Source: Gammaproteobacteria bacterium (GTDB taxonomy: Bacteria > Pseudomonadota > Gammaproteobacteria > Eutrophobiales > Eutrophobiaceae). Taken from it: a DNA stretch of 64,000 bases. The position numbers and the translations under genes were made by a program. The stretch covers positions 2,976,001 to 3,040,000 of the forward strand of contig OZ244905.1 in NCBI GenBank assembly GCA_965221695.1, read 5' to 3'. Positions 8,502 to 17,674 of this stretch are shown one piece after another (position 1 is the first letter of the stretch; each line of letters begins with the position of its first letter). The notes under the pieces were generated by a model that saw nothing but the letters and a program-made list of their open reading frames with translations, was not told the DNA's origin and searched no databases.

Positions 8502-10745
8502 TTAAAAACTGACGCCAAGAGTAACACTGTACCATCTCGGATGTCCCGGCATTAATTGAGCCATACCAAGCAGGGGCGTGAAATCGACCGAGTAATTCAG
8601 GTATTCCTTATCGAAAATATTTTCCACTGAAAAGCTGATACTGTAGCGCTCGTTGGCGGATTTATAACCGATCCTCCCATTCCACACACTGTAATCATCA
8701 TGAAAGTGAAACGGTGAGTTATCAATACTGAAATAATGATCATCCATGTAATTGAAATCCACCTGCAAAGAGATATTTCCCATGTCTCCCAGAGGATGAA
8801 AGTATCGAAAGATTCCATTTACAGTCACATCCGGAGACAAAGCGAGATCATTGCCGGTAAAATCCTGTCCCGGCAACCCGGTGTCAAAACCTTTATCGGC
8901 TTTGGTATCAAGCAGGCCCAGGCCTAATATCGCCTCGAAGTTTTCAACGGGCGTCAGCATTAATTCCAGCTCCGCCCCGTAGACTTCGGCATCTCCGTTG
9001 CCAAAAAAGGCCGTGCCGATAATGGGGAAAAACTGGTACTGCATATCCTGGTAATCGTAATAAAAAACAGAGGCGTTAGCGCGCAGTCTGTTGTTCATGA
9101 AGTCGCCTTTTATTCCTGCTTCATAGGCATACAGAATCTCCTCTTTAAATGGCTCCTCCTGCCCGGGCGTGTCGATATAAGAACCGTTAAATCCACCACT
9201 CTTGAAACCTGCGCTGAAACCGGCGTACAGCAACACATTATCGTTCAAACGAAAGTCAAGCCCGGCTTTGCCGGAAATATTCTCTTCATTGATGCTCCTG
9301 CGAGTATCAATAAATGTGGGAAAATTGACAGGATCCGGACTGCCAAAAATCAAGGTTCCTAGAAAGTCATAAATGGTTTCTTCAGCGTTTATCAGAAAAT
9401 CCTTGTCTTCTTCGGTATAGCGGATGCCTGCCACCGCGGTCAGCCGGTCAGTCAAATTAAAATCCAGTTGTCCGAAAACAGCCCAGGAAGAAGTATCCTG
9501 CTCCCAGCGGTTAGGCCCGACGGTGATACCGGAGAAGCCGTTGGTAAGGACTTGCACATCATCCCCGTCGAAGCTCTTTTTCGTATCGTCGAAGTAGTAG
9601 GCCCCCAACTGCCAGATGAAGTTCCCGTGTTCACCTGACAGCCTGACTTCCTGGCTGAATTGTTCCGCGTCGACCACAAATGTCGCAATGACGTTTTGGA
9701 CAGTGGGTCCGGCAGCAGGACTGGGACTGGCATCGGAATCCTCGGTGTAATTTCTTTTTATCTCTTCGTAACCCGTGATCGAGACAAATTCGATACCATT
9801 ACCCAATTGATAATTTATGGTTCCGTTTACGCCGAATGTTTCCATATCCAGCGGTCCGACAAAATTCTGGTCCGTTTTATAGAGATCGTCGTCCGTATCA
9901 CGATACCCCTGCGCATCGAAACAACCACCGGCCAGCGCCTGTTCCGTTGAACAAGGCATCGTGCCCGCCGGGTCGGTCGATAGCGTGCCCAAGTGCGCGT
10001 ATTGCGCGGCATTCTGGTCAACATCGGAGACATGGGCCCTGATCAATACATCCAGGTTATCGGCAGGCATAAAATGTAACTGCCCGCGTACAGACAGGTT
10101 TTCCCTGTCATTACCATCGCCACCAAGCCGGTTATCCATATAGCCATCGGCATTATTGGTCCGAACAGAAACACGTCCCATTAATTTGTCGCCGGCAAGA
10201 GGCCCGCTCACCGCCCCCTCAAAGTTGATGGTATCGTAGGAACCGTAAGTCAACTCGCCATAAGCCTCAAACTCCTCAGTGGGCTTTTTCGAAATAAAGT
10301 GCAATAACCCGCCCGTGGTATTCCGGCCATACAAAGTGCCTTGGGGGCCTCTCAGCGCCTCCACACGCTCGAGATCAAAAAGCTGTAAGGTTTGTCCGAC
10401 CTGCGTTCCCATGTAAATTCCGTCAATATAGAAAGCCACAGGACCTTCATTTGCATCACCAAAGTCATTCAGACCCACGCCACGCATGGAAAATGTCGGT
10501 GTGTTGCCTTCTCCGACCGGCAAACCGAATGAGAGGTTAGCGATATGCGCGACCACATCGGTTGAATTTTCAAAGCCCAGCTCCCTGACAGCCTCGCCTG
10601 AGAAGGCTGTAACGGAAACCGGCACGTCCTGCAAATTCTCCTCACGTTTCTGGGCAGTCACCAGAATTTCTTCGAGGATACCTTGCGCCGTCACTGCATT
10701 CGCATAAACGCTTGTTAACACCAGGACTGATAATAATATTCGCAT
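8502..10745 (-). CDS. TonB-dependent receptor
   Basis: Signal peptide, EEILVTAQKREE TonB box, LRGPQGTLYGRN plug, terminal Phe. Confidence 0.95.
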   Translation of the reverse strand: MRILLSVLVLTSVYANAVTAQGILEEILVTAQKREENLQDVPVSVTAFSGEAVRELGFENSTDVVAHIANLSFGLPVGEGNTPTFSMRGVGLNDFGDANEGPVAFYIDGIYMGTQVGQTLQLFDLERVEALRGPQGTLYGRNTTGGLLHFISKKPTEEFEAYGELTYGSYDTINFEGAVSGPLAGDKLMGRVSVRTNNADGYMDNRLGGDGNDRENLSVRGQLHFMPADNLDVLIRAHVSDVDQNAAQYAHLGTLSTDPAGTMPCSTEQALAGGCFDAQGYRDTDDDLYKTDQNFVGPLDMETFGVNGTINYQLGNGIEFVSITGYEEIKRNYTEDSDASPSPAAGPTVQNVIATFVVDAEQFSQEVRLSGEHGNFIWQLGAYYFDDTKKSFDGDDVQVLTNGFSGITVGPNRWEQDTSSWAVFGQLDFNLTDRLTAVAGIRYTEEDKDFLINAEETIYDFLGTLIFGSPDPVNFPTFIDTRRSINEENISGKAGLDFRLNDNVLLYAGFSAGFKSGGFNGSYIDTPGQEEPFKEEILYAYEAGIKGDFMNNRLRANASVFYYDYQDMQYQFFPIIGTAFFGNGDAEVYGAELELMLTPVENFEAILGLGLLDTKADKGFDTGLPGQDFTGNDLALSPDVTVNGIFRYFHPLGDMGNISLQVDFNYMDDHYFSIDNSPFHFHDDYSVWNGRIGYKSANERYSISFSVENIFDKEYLNYSVDFTPLLGMAQLMPGHPRWYSVTLGVSF

Positions 10746-10827
10746 CGCAACCTCCTTACACTATTCAGGATGTAATCATTTTACCTCTTTAAAAATCAAC
10801 CACCTGCTTCTCACTCATAGCCAGCTT

Positions 10828-12180
10828 CTATACTTTAACCTCTTCCGCTTCAACTTGGCTGGTTGTCAGCCTCTCCTTGGCTTTTTTGATTAATACGTCC
10901 AAAACTCCCGGCTCATCCGCCAGGATACGTCTACCACTGATATTTGCTTCCGACATCAGTATCTTCACCTGTTTTACCAAATGTCTATCGTCATAAATAT
11001 CCTTTCCATACCCCAATTCCCTCAGCCTGTTGCGGATCACCGCCGGCATTGCCAGCGCCGGTGTAATACGCCATCCGGACTTATGGCCGATTGCCTCCGG
11101 GTTCAAGTCTTGCGGTCTGTCTGTCTGCACGAACGCTTCGTCAACATAGTGAAATGACCGTTTTCCGAAAACCGGATAATCCTCATGCAGCGGTTCCCCC
11201 ATATGAATGACCGACATCCTCTCCACAATTGGATACAATTTATCTACCGCATAGGTATCACTTACGTGCTCATTGCCTGCGCGCAGTAAATTACAGATCA
11301 ACATCGCGCCCGAACTATGACCTCCCTGCGCGGCGTGCGGAGAAAGACCTGCCCAGATTCCATCCGCGCCGGCCAGAATGGAATCAATCGCCGATGCATC
11401 CTCCATGCCGTTGCCGGAATGGGAATGTACCAGTATCAGTCTGGGAGGCGTTACATACTTTCGAATAAGCCTGACCAATTCCGCATTCTGAAAAGGAAAG
11501 TGAGTGCCGCGCACATCCTCAAAAATAACCGCCTGGATGGGAAGTTGTTGCAGCAGTTTCAGCGTCTGTGTCAAAAACCTGGGATCCTGATCCCAGGCGT
11601 CGAAAATATCTACAAAACGGATAAATATCCTGCCGCGCCGTCCCGTCGGCTGAGGCAGGATTTCCCGCAGATATTCAACATTTCTGACGATATCACGGAA
11701 CAGGTCGTCGTAGGTCCGGCCAGTCGCTTTCAGGAGTTCCGGTTCAAGATATATCAATAACAGACAGTTCGGCGTGCCTACTGATTCAAATTGCCGTTGG
11801 CTGTAGGTAGGCTTGAATGGTTTGTCTTTTTCAGTTTTCGCCGGCATCAGGTTCGAAAAATAGCCATCCATGGAATCGCCAGACTCCCTGAGTTGCTCTG
11901 CAAACACCTGATCGACATTTTCGTAATCGAAATAGCCGGTTATCGATATGTCCTCGAATCCAAATTCCTTGGACAGTGACAGTAGTTCATGCTTATCATC
12001 CAAGGTATGACCATAACTTGCCGGCAAACTCCCTTCTCTTGGCGCCATATCCAGGATAAACGGTTTGATATTTTTCAAAATTGCCAGTTTGCGATCAATT
12101 TGCTCCCTGACTCCTTCGGTGGCTTTCAGGTCTGTTTCATCGAGCCGGGTCAATTTCTTAATATCAGCCTCAAGCATCAC
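10828..12180 (-). CDS. DRE-TIM metallolyase family protein (LeuA/HMGL-like), function unknown
   Basis: ILDMAPREG helix, HSH metal motif, GADGIW. Confidence 0.6.
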   Translation of the reverse strand: MMLEADIKKLTRLDETDLKATEGVREQIDRKLAILKNIKPFILDMAPREGSLPASYGHTLDDKHELLSLSKEFGFEDISITGYFDYENVDQVFAEQLRESGDSMDGYFSNLMPAKTEKDKPFKPTYSQRQFESVGTPNCLLLIYLEPELLKATGRTYDDLFRDIVRNVEYLREILPQPTGRRGRIFIRFVDIFDAWDQDPRFLTQTLKLLQQLPIQAVIFEDVRGTHFPFQNAELVRLIRKYVTPPRLILVHSHSGNGMEDASAIDSILAGADGIWAGLSPHAAQGGHSSGAMLICNLLRAGNEHVSDTYAVDKLYPIVERMSVIHMGEPLHEDYPVFGKRSFHYVDEAFVQTDRPQDLNPEAIGHKSGWRITPALAMPAVIRNRLRELGYGKDIYDDRHLVKQVKILMSEANISGRRILADEPGVLDVLIKKAKERLTTSQVEAEEVKV

Positions 12181-12197
12181 TCTATCTCACGCAATCA

Positions 12198-13169
12198 TTA
12201 ACTCTGACTTTCCGACACAATCTGATTTCGAGCGGCCAGAGTCCTGATCTGGACGAATATCGTCTTGAGGAAACCATTTTCACAATGTTTGATGCGGCCC
12301 TCAAGTAACTCCGTTAATTCAGCCAGCCTGTGAAACGGGACAAGAGGCGCGGCATGGTGGGCGCTGTGATACGGCATACGCCAGGAAAGCATGGAAAGCA
12401 GCGGATTTAACAGTACCGTTCTCGAATTTTCCATCATGTCCGGCGACTTCGCGCAGCACACATGTTCAGTCATACGTATCAGGCGTTCTACAGGTTCCAT
12501 AATCACTCTTGGGGCAAGCCAGAAAACAACTATTGCCCAGGTCTGATATAAAATGGATAACGCAGCCAGACCCACATAAATACACAAAAATATGCAGGCT
12601 TCCAACTGAACTTTCTTGCGCTCGGCGGCGGGTACCGCTCGTCGCGTTATTGCGTTCATCCAGCCAAACGGCTGCAGTAACAGGTTCCGGGCAATGTTAT
12701 AAAAATAAGGAATGGCCGAGCCATACCAAAGATATTGCCAGAGATTCTCAGCCTTCACGTATTGGGCATCGCGCGCCGGGTCCTGGGTATATGTGTGATG
12801 ATCAGCATGCTCATACCTGAATGCCAGCGGTGGTAACATCAATATCAAACCAGTGATCCAAAACAGGGTATTGTTGAGCCACCTGGTTTTAAACACCGTT
12901 CCATGTGATGCTTCATGGTATGGCGCAAACAACCGGACGATAATAAAACCATGTAGAAGCAGAGCAGGATAAAACCAGGCTGAATCCAGCACAGAGTAAA
13001 GTAAACAACCGGTGCATCCTACTGCGCTGAAATGGAACAAGGCGAATACAAGCCCGCTTCGGTCCTGGCGTTGCATCAGTTCTGCCATCCTTCTTGGACC
13101 CACCAAATCCCTTACGGCCGCAGAAGCGGCAATGGTCGTATTACGGCTGCCCGATTGCATATCATTCAT
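12198..13169 (-). CDS. membrane di-iron fatty acid desaturase family, MocD-like
   Basis: His boxes HEASH, HADHH, HSAHH; TM segments. Confidence 0.85.
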   Translation of the reverse strand: MNDMQSGSRNTTIAASAAVRDLVGPRRMAELMQRQDRSGLVFALFHFSAVGCTGCLLYSVLDSAWFYPALLLHGFIIVRLFAPYHEASHGTVFKTRWLNNTLFWITGLILMLPPLAFRYEHADHHTYTQDPARDAQYVKAENLWQYLWYGSAIPYFYNIARNLLLQPFGWMNAITRRAVPAAERKKVQLEACIFLCIYVGLAALSILYQTWAIVVFWLAPRVIMEPVERLIRMTEHVCCAKSPDMMENSRTVLLNPLLSMLSWRMPYHSAHHAAPLVPFHRLAELTELLEGRIKHCENGFLKTIFVQIRTLAARNQIVSESQS

Positions 13170-13188
13170 CTTATGACGATAGTAAATA

Positions 13189-13287
13189 TTCCACTATGCG
13201 GAATTATGTTCTATAATGATATCGAAAATGGTTTATTCTGTCAAACAGAAAGTAGAAAAGAAAGCATAAAAGTTCAACTATGATGAA
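13189..13287. promoter_or_regulatory. two related 15-bp palindromic boxes, probable IclR-family operators in a divergent promoter
   Basis: TTCCACTATGCGGAA (13189-13203) and TTCAACTATGATGAA (13273-13287). Confidence 0.5.
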
Positions 13288-13297
13288 ATAACAGAAA

Positions 13298-13624
13298 ATG
13301 AGCGCATTTGATGAATTGACCTGGCATGACGTTGCAGATGTATCACAGGTTGATGACCTGTTGCCACTGGCGGTGGAAATCGCCGGGCGTTTTATCTCGT
13401 TGTACAGAGTTAAGGACGAAATATATGCCACCGCAAATATCTGCTCACACGAAGAAGCCTTGTTATCCGAAGGTTATATTGATGATGATGAGATTGTCTG
13501 TCCGATTCACCAGGCAAGGTTTCATATACCCACAGGCAGGGTTCTTTGCGCGCCGGCAACGGAAGATATTCTCGTTTATCCCGTGCGTATTACGGAAAAT
13601 CGGGTTTTAGTCGGAATCTCGTGA
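13298..13624 (+). CDS. Rieske [2Fe-2S] ferredoxin (MocE/NahAb-like)
   Basis: CSH...CPIH motif, 108 aa. Confidence 0.93.
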   Translation: MSAFDELTWHDVADVSQVDDLLPLAVEIAGRFISLYRVKDEIYATANICSHEEALLSEGYIDDDEIVCPIHQARFHIPTGRVLCAPATEDILVYPVRITENRVLVGIS

Positions 13625-13627
13625 AAA

Positions 13628-14137
13628 TTATCGAATTGCTACGCCGAGCACAATCGAGGTAGAGCAATGATAGGCCTGGCTGCTGACGCCCAGACACCAG
13701 TTGTATTCATTTGAGAGAAATGGCGTATGCATTGGTCGCGAGCCTTCATTTCTTGTGCACAGACAACGCCCGCAGGAGCTTTTACCACAGCAGTCGTTGT
13801 ATGAAATAATGTAATCCTTGCCGTCTTCGGGATTTCTGCAAGTTCCTATCCATGTAATTGGCGACATCTCGGCGCCAGGCGGACAAGTGTTGTAGCTGCC
13901 CCCGCAACATGAACAGAGAAAACCGTCAATAGCGCAATAACGCCAGTAATCACACTCTCTGGGATTTACGGCCTGCTCACTGGCCGATGAAGTTTCAGTA
14001 GCGCGGGCTACGGGCAACAACGGTATGGCGGATGTCCCCAGCAGGATTCTGCCCAGCGCGGCCAGTACGTTGCGCCGCGAGGTCCGTTTTGCAATAACGC
14101 GCACAACTTTTTCACTGATGTCATCAAAATAATTCAT
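13628..14137 (-). CDS. mauA: TTQ amine dehydrogenase small subunit (MauA/AauA family)
   Basis: Tat signal SRRNVL; Cys-rich CDYWRYCAIDG; both TTQ Trp positions present (ITWIG, YNWCL). Confidence 0.95.
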   Translation of the reverse strand: MNYFDDISEKVVRVIAKRTSRRNVLAALGRILLGTSAIPLLPVARATETSSASEQAVNPRECDYWRYCAIDGFLCSCCGGSYNTCPPGAEMSPITWIGTCRNPEDGKDYIISYNDCCGKSSCGRCLCTRNEGSRPMHTPFLSNEYNWCLGVSSQAYHCSTSIVLGVAIR

Positions 14138-14185
14138 TGATTACGAGCTGCGTATGTAGTCTGTCATGATTATGTAGTAACTGCA

Positions 14186-15355
14186 TTACCTGGAAACAGG
14201 CGTCTGCAGGATAGTGGGAGTCTGTCCTAGTTGTGTGACTTTACGCAGCAACGAGCCTGCTTCGGCATCGTAAATCAAAAGTTCCGGATAGGCTGAAAAG
14301 ACTGCAAAAAGCAATGGGTTATCGTCTTGCGATAATAGAATAGCGGTTGCCAGTTGTTCAAGTTTAATGGTCTTTGTGCGTTTTCTTGTGCGCAAATTGT
14401 ATACCCAGACGTCACGGCCCGGATCTTTATAAGAATCATTATTGCCCTGGTGCATCAAGACATACAGTCGTGATTGCCGCTGGTGCACCGCTAACGGTTG
14501 CAGGCCGCTCATAATCCATCCTTCAGTACGTTCCGCGTCCGATAGCAGAGACCATTTCTCATGGAATACCGGCTCTCCACTACTTGTGTGTGATACCGGG
14601 TAAATATATCCACGGACAGATGAAAATAGCCATTGTTCTCCGAAGCGAACGGCTTTTTCAGATACAAAATCACCTTCAGGGTCAAAAAATTGCCTGGTAC
14701 GATACTTTCTTTTATTCTGCCCGTTCTCATCCAGGTCTATCACAAGCAGTGTTCCATCCGCACATATCGATGCCAGCGTCTGCGCGCCGAAGGCATACAC
14801 CATGGCGCACCCACTTGTTTCGATTTCTCTTATAAATCTGTGTTCTTTGACATCAACAAGACTGATGGTCTGTGCCGGAGTATAGTTGTAAACAGCCAGG
14901 AATCGGTTATCATCAGTAAGCGTGGCATTTTGTGTAGTCGGGATGGTTTCAGCCCGTTTAGGTGGTATCTCAATCTCCGCTACAGGGAATAGTGTCCCGG
15001 CATCATAGATCGTGATCACATCTGTTCTCGTACCGCGTGTGCCACGGGACCAGTAGGTCTCAGGCGAGTAAATCGCGCGGTAATCACTTGGCAGCGCCAA
15101 CGCCATTCCATGTATGCCAGTGCTCAACATGCCCAGCATATCGCCGCTATCACCGTCAATAAGGAAAGCCCTTCCTGCTTCAAGATGGGTAAACGAAACG
15201 TCATTGATCCAGACCCAGTGTGGGTTTGGTTGTGCTGGAAGTTCTCTTACGTTGCCCAGCTTTTCTGCAGGTAACTCTGCGACAACATCAGTAATAAGCA
15301 GTGACAGAACTGCCAAGGCAGCCAGAGCGGTCACGTTGTGTGAACGGTTCAACAC
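14186..15355 (-). CDS. mauB: TTQ amine dehydrogenase large beta-propeller subunit (MauB/AauB family)
   Basis: ETYWSRGTRGTRTDV, YNYTPAQTISLVD, LYVLMH; signal peptide. Confidence 0.93.
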   Translation of the reverse strand: MLNRSHNVTALAALAVLSLLITDVVAELPAEKLGNVRELPAQPNPHWVWINDVSFTHLEAGRAFLIDGDSGDMLGMLSTGIHGMALALPSDYRAIYSPETYWSRGTRGTRTDVITIYDAGTLFPVAEIEIPPKRAETIPTTQNATLTDDNRFLAVYNYTPAQTISLVDVKEHRFIREIETSGCAMVYAFGAQTLASICADGTLLVIDLDENGQNKRKYRTRQFFDPEGDFVSEKAVRFGEQWLFSSVRGYIYPVSHTSSGEPVFHEKWSLLSDAERTEGWIMSGLQPLAVHQRQSRLYVLMHQGNNDSYKDPGRDVWVYNLRTRKRTKTIKLEQLATAILLSQDDNPLLFAVFSAYPELLIYDAEAGSLLRKVTQLGQTPTILQTPVSR

Positions 15356-15358
15356 AGT

Positions 15359-16162
15359 CTATCCACCCAGATTCCTGGTTATTTCATCTGAAGAATGTTT
15401 CAGATAACTGACCAGGACCTTCGTATCCAGTTTCAGGAAACGGTCAGCCGGTCCAATAATGCCTACACTGCCTATGACCTCATGTGAGCTATCGAAAATA
15501 GGCATGGCTATACCAGCCGCCCCTTCACTGATTTCTTCAATAGACGTGGCGAAACCATATTTTTTTATGCGGTCCAGTTCATTTTCAATCAGTTTTCTGT
15601 CGGTAATTGTCTTATCGGTTAATTTCTCCATGGAATTAGATAAGGCAACTTCCACTTCATCATCATGCATGAACGCGAGGACCGCTTTAGCTGAACCACC
15701 AGCGTGTAGCGGAACATGCTGGCCATCTTCCATCATCAACCTTAAACCGGGGTTATTATTGATTTGCAACGCGCATATTACCGAATCCCTTAGGGGACTC
15801 AGCATCATGAGTATCGCTGTCTCTCTTGTCCGCGCGGATAAATTATTAAGGACAGGATGTGTAATACGGCGGATATCGATCTGCGCCAGGGCGCGCTGAC
15901 CGATCTGCAAAGCCAGAGGACCAAGCCGGTACTGCTCGGAATCCGCATCCTGGGAGAGAATTTTTTTATCCTGCAAGACAGTTAAAATACGGTGCACCGT
16001 GGTTTTCGGTAATCCTGTCTCTTTCGTGACTCCAGCGAGAGTCCAACTGGGATGCTCGGTGGAAAATAATTCAATTATCTGAAATGTCTTATCAAGTATC
16101 TTGATCTGTGGAGGGGAATTCCTACGCGGTCTGCCGCGACGTTTTGCCATTTGTGAGTCCAA
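15359..16162 (-). CDS. IclR family transcriptional regulator
   Basis: HTH GLPKTTVHRIL; PLHAGGSAKAVLA; GIAMPIF. Confidence 0.93.
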   Translation of the reverse strand: MDSQMAKRRGRPRRNSPPQIKILDKTFQIIELFSTEHPSWTLAGVTKETGLPKTTVHRILTVLQDKKILSQDADSEQYRLGPLALQIGQRALAQIDIRRITHPVLNNLSARTRETAILMMLSPLRDSVICALQINNNPGLRLMMEDGQHVPLHAGGSAKAVLAFMHDDEVEVALSNSMEKLTDKTITDRKLIENELDRIKKYGFATSIEEISEGAAGIAMPIFDSSHEVIGSVGIIGPADRFLKLDTKVLVSYLKHSSDEITRNLGG

Positions 16163-16180
16163 CTCTGTGACGGGCGCACA

Positions 16181-16795
16181 TTAATGGCTTATCCAGGTTT
16201 CGGAAAACGCCAAAAAAGCGCTACTCATGGAGCGACCAAAAAATTGGCGGGGATACACATTTCCTTTAAGCGTTCGGCCATTAACAGTTATTTCGGCCGA
16301 ACCTGCCTCTACAAACAGGCTGTACATCTGATGCTCGCCAGTAGCGCTTTGATCTTTATCAACGTCAACAGCAAACGGTTCGCCCAACTCTCCCCAGGCC
16401 ATTATGATCTCAATGTTTCCGCCTGTCACAGTCTCCATATAAGCGCCATGCGTATCACCGCTCGTTTTTATGTTTTCTATTGGCACGCGCGTCATTGCCG
16501 TCAGACCGGCACGATTCCGGAAGGTTGGAAACTTAGAGACAAAATCCCGCAAAATGTAGTCCGTCATCGCATCGTTATCAGTCATCAGCACATTAGCCAC
16601 ATCCGGCATTCCGTTTGCCTCATCCGGCCTTTCCAGCAACAGTAGAAAGTTGCCTCTACCATGCGGAGACACGACAACACGTCCGAAGACAGCAAGCGTA
16701 ATCCAAGGCCCATCAGGATTATCACGCAGGTAAATTCCCGGATTTTCACCCGACCATTCGACTTTACCAGGATTGATTGGACTTTTATCGGTCAT
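16181..16795 (-). CDS. conserved hypothetical protein
   Basis: 204 aa with AAAGGGGA upstream; WSGENPGIYL N-terminus, SAFLAFSETW C-terminus; first gene of the iclR-mauB-mauA run. Confidence 0.75.
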   Translation of the reverse strand: MTDKSPINPGKVEWSGENPGIYLRDNPDGPWITLAVFGRVVVSPHGRGNFLLLLERPDEANGMPDVANVLMTDNDAMTDYILRDFVSKFPTFRNRAGLTAMTRVPIENIKTSGDTHGAYMETVTGGNIEIIMAWGELGEPFAVDVDKDQSATGEHQMYSLFVEAGSAEITVNGRTLKGNVYPRQFFGRSMSSAFLAFSETWISH

Positions 16796-16835
16796 GGTAT
16801 TATCCCCTTTGTAGACTGGCTGTTGTCAAATAATT

Positions 16836-16909
16836 CGCCCTGAAGAGGATTCGAACCTCTGGCCTTCCGCTTAGGAGGCGGACGCTCTATCCAACTGAGC
16901 TATCAGGGC
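16836..16909 (-). tRNA. tRNA-Arg(CCT), CCA not encoded
   Basis: GCCCTGA...TCCGC-CTCCTAA-GCGGA...GGTTCGAATCC...TCAGGGCG cloverleaf. Confidence 0.95.
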
Positions 16910-16973
16910 ACAGTTCGGGAATTAAATGATTCCCGGTTGACCGAGTAAAGCATATCATTTATTAATTCTCTCC

Positions 16974-17648
16974 ATGCAAAAATATTCAGTTATCATTCCC
17001 GCCCTCAATGAGGCGGACTATATTGGCGCGACCTTGGAACGGCTCCAACCGGCTCGCGCCAGGGGCCATGAAGTGATCCTGGTGGATGGCGGCAGCGCGG
17101 ATGACACCTGTGGGATCGCGGCCGGCGCAGCGGATCGCGTGTTGCAATGGCATTCCGGCAGGGCCAGGCAAATGAATTGCGGCGCCGAGGCCGCGCGCGG
17201 CGAGGTCTATGTTTTCCTCCACGCCGACACCTTGATACCCACCGACTTTGACAAGCTCCTGGATGCTCGCGATGTCTGCGAAAATACCTGGGGGAGCTTC
17301 GATATCAGGTTGTCCGGCCAGCATATCAGTTTCCGTTGTATCGAGCGATGCATGAATCTTCGCTCAAGACTGACCGGTATCGCTATGGGAGACCAGGCTA
17401 TTTTTACCGGTTCTCATCTGTTTCATCGTGTAAATGGTTATGCGGACATCCCGTTGATGGAGGATATTGAATTGTGCGCCAGGCTGAAACAGATTTCTGC
17501 GCCGATCCGTATAAGACAACCTGTTGTCAGCTCATCCCGACGCTGGGAGCAACATGGCATCGCCAGCACTGTGCTGCTTTCATGGAAACTGAGACTCTGT
17601 TATACGTTCGGCGCCGACCCTAAGCAACTCGCACGGCTCTACCACTAA
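16974..17648 (+). CDS. GT2 glycosyltransferase, TIGR04283-like
   Basis: SVIIPALNE, GRARQMN.GA, FLHADT, GDQAIF, MEDIE, SSRRW. Confidence 0.9.
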   Translation: MQKYSVIIPALNEADYIGATLERLQPARARGHEVILVDGGSADDTCGIAAGAADRVLQWHSGRARQMNCGAEAARGEVYVFLHADTLIPTDFDKLLDARDVCENTWGSFDIRLSGQHISFRCIERCMNLRSRLTGIAMGDQAIFTGSHLFHRVNGYADIPLMEDIELCARLKQISAPIRIRQPVVSSSRRWEQHGIASTVLLSWKLRLCYTFGADPKQLARLYH

Positions 17649-17674
17649 CCGGCCAGGTTCAAATCAGGACAACT

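Larger units (their letters stand above)
5810..16835. mobile_element. putative catabolic genomic island at the 3' end of tRNA-Arg(CCT); no integrase seen
   Basis: Accessory catabolic genes, visibly more AT-rich than flanks, abuts tRNA 3' end; no att duplicate found. Confidence 0.5.
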
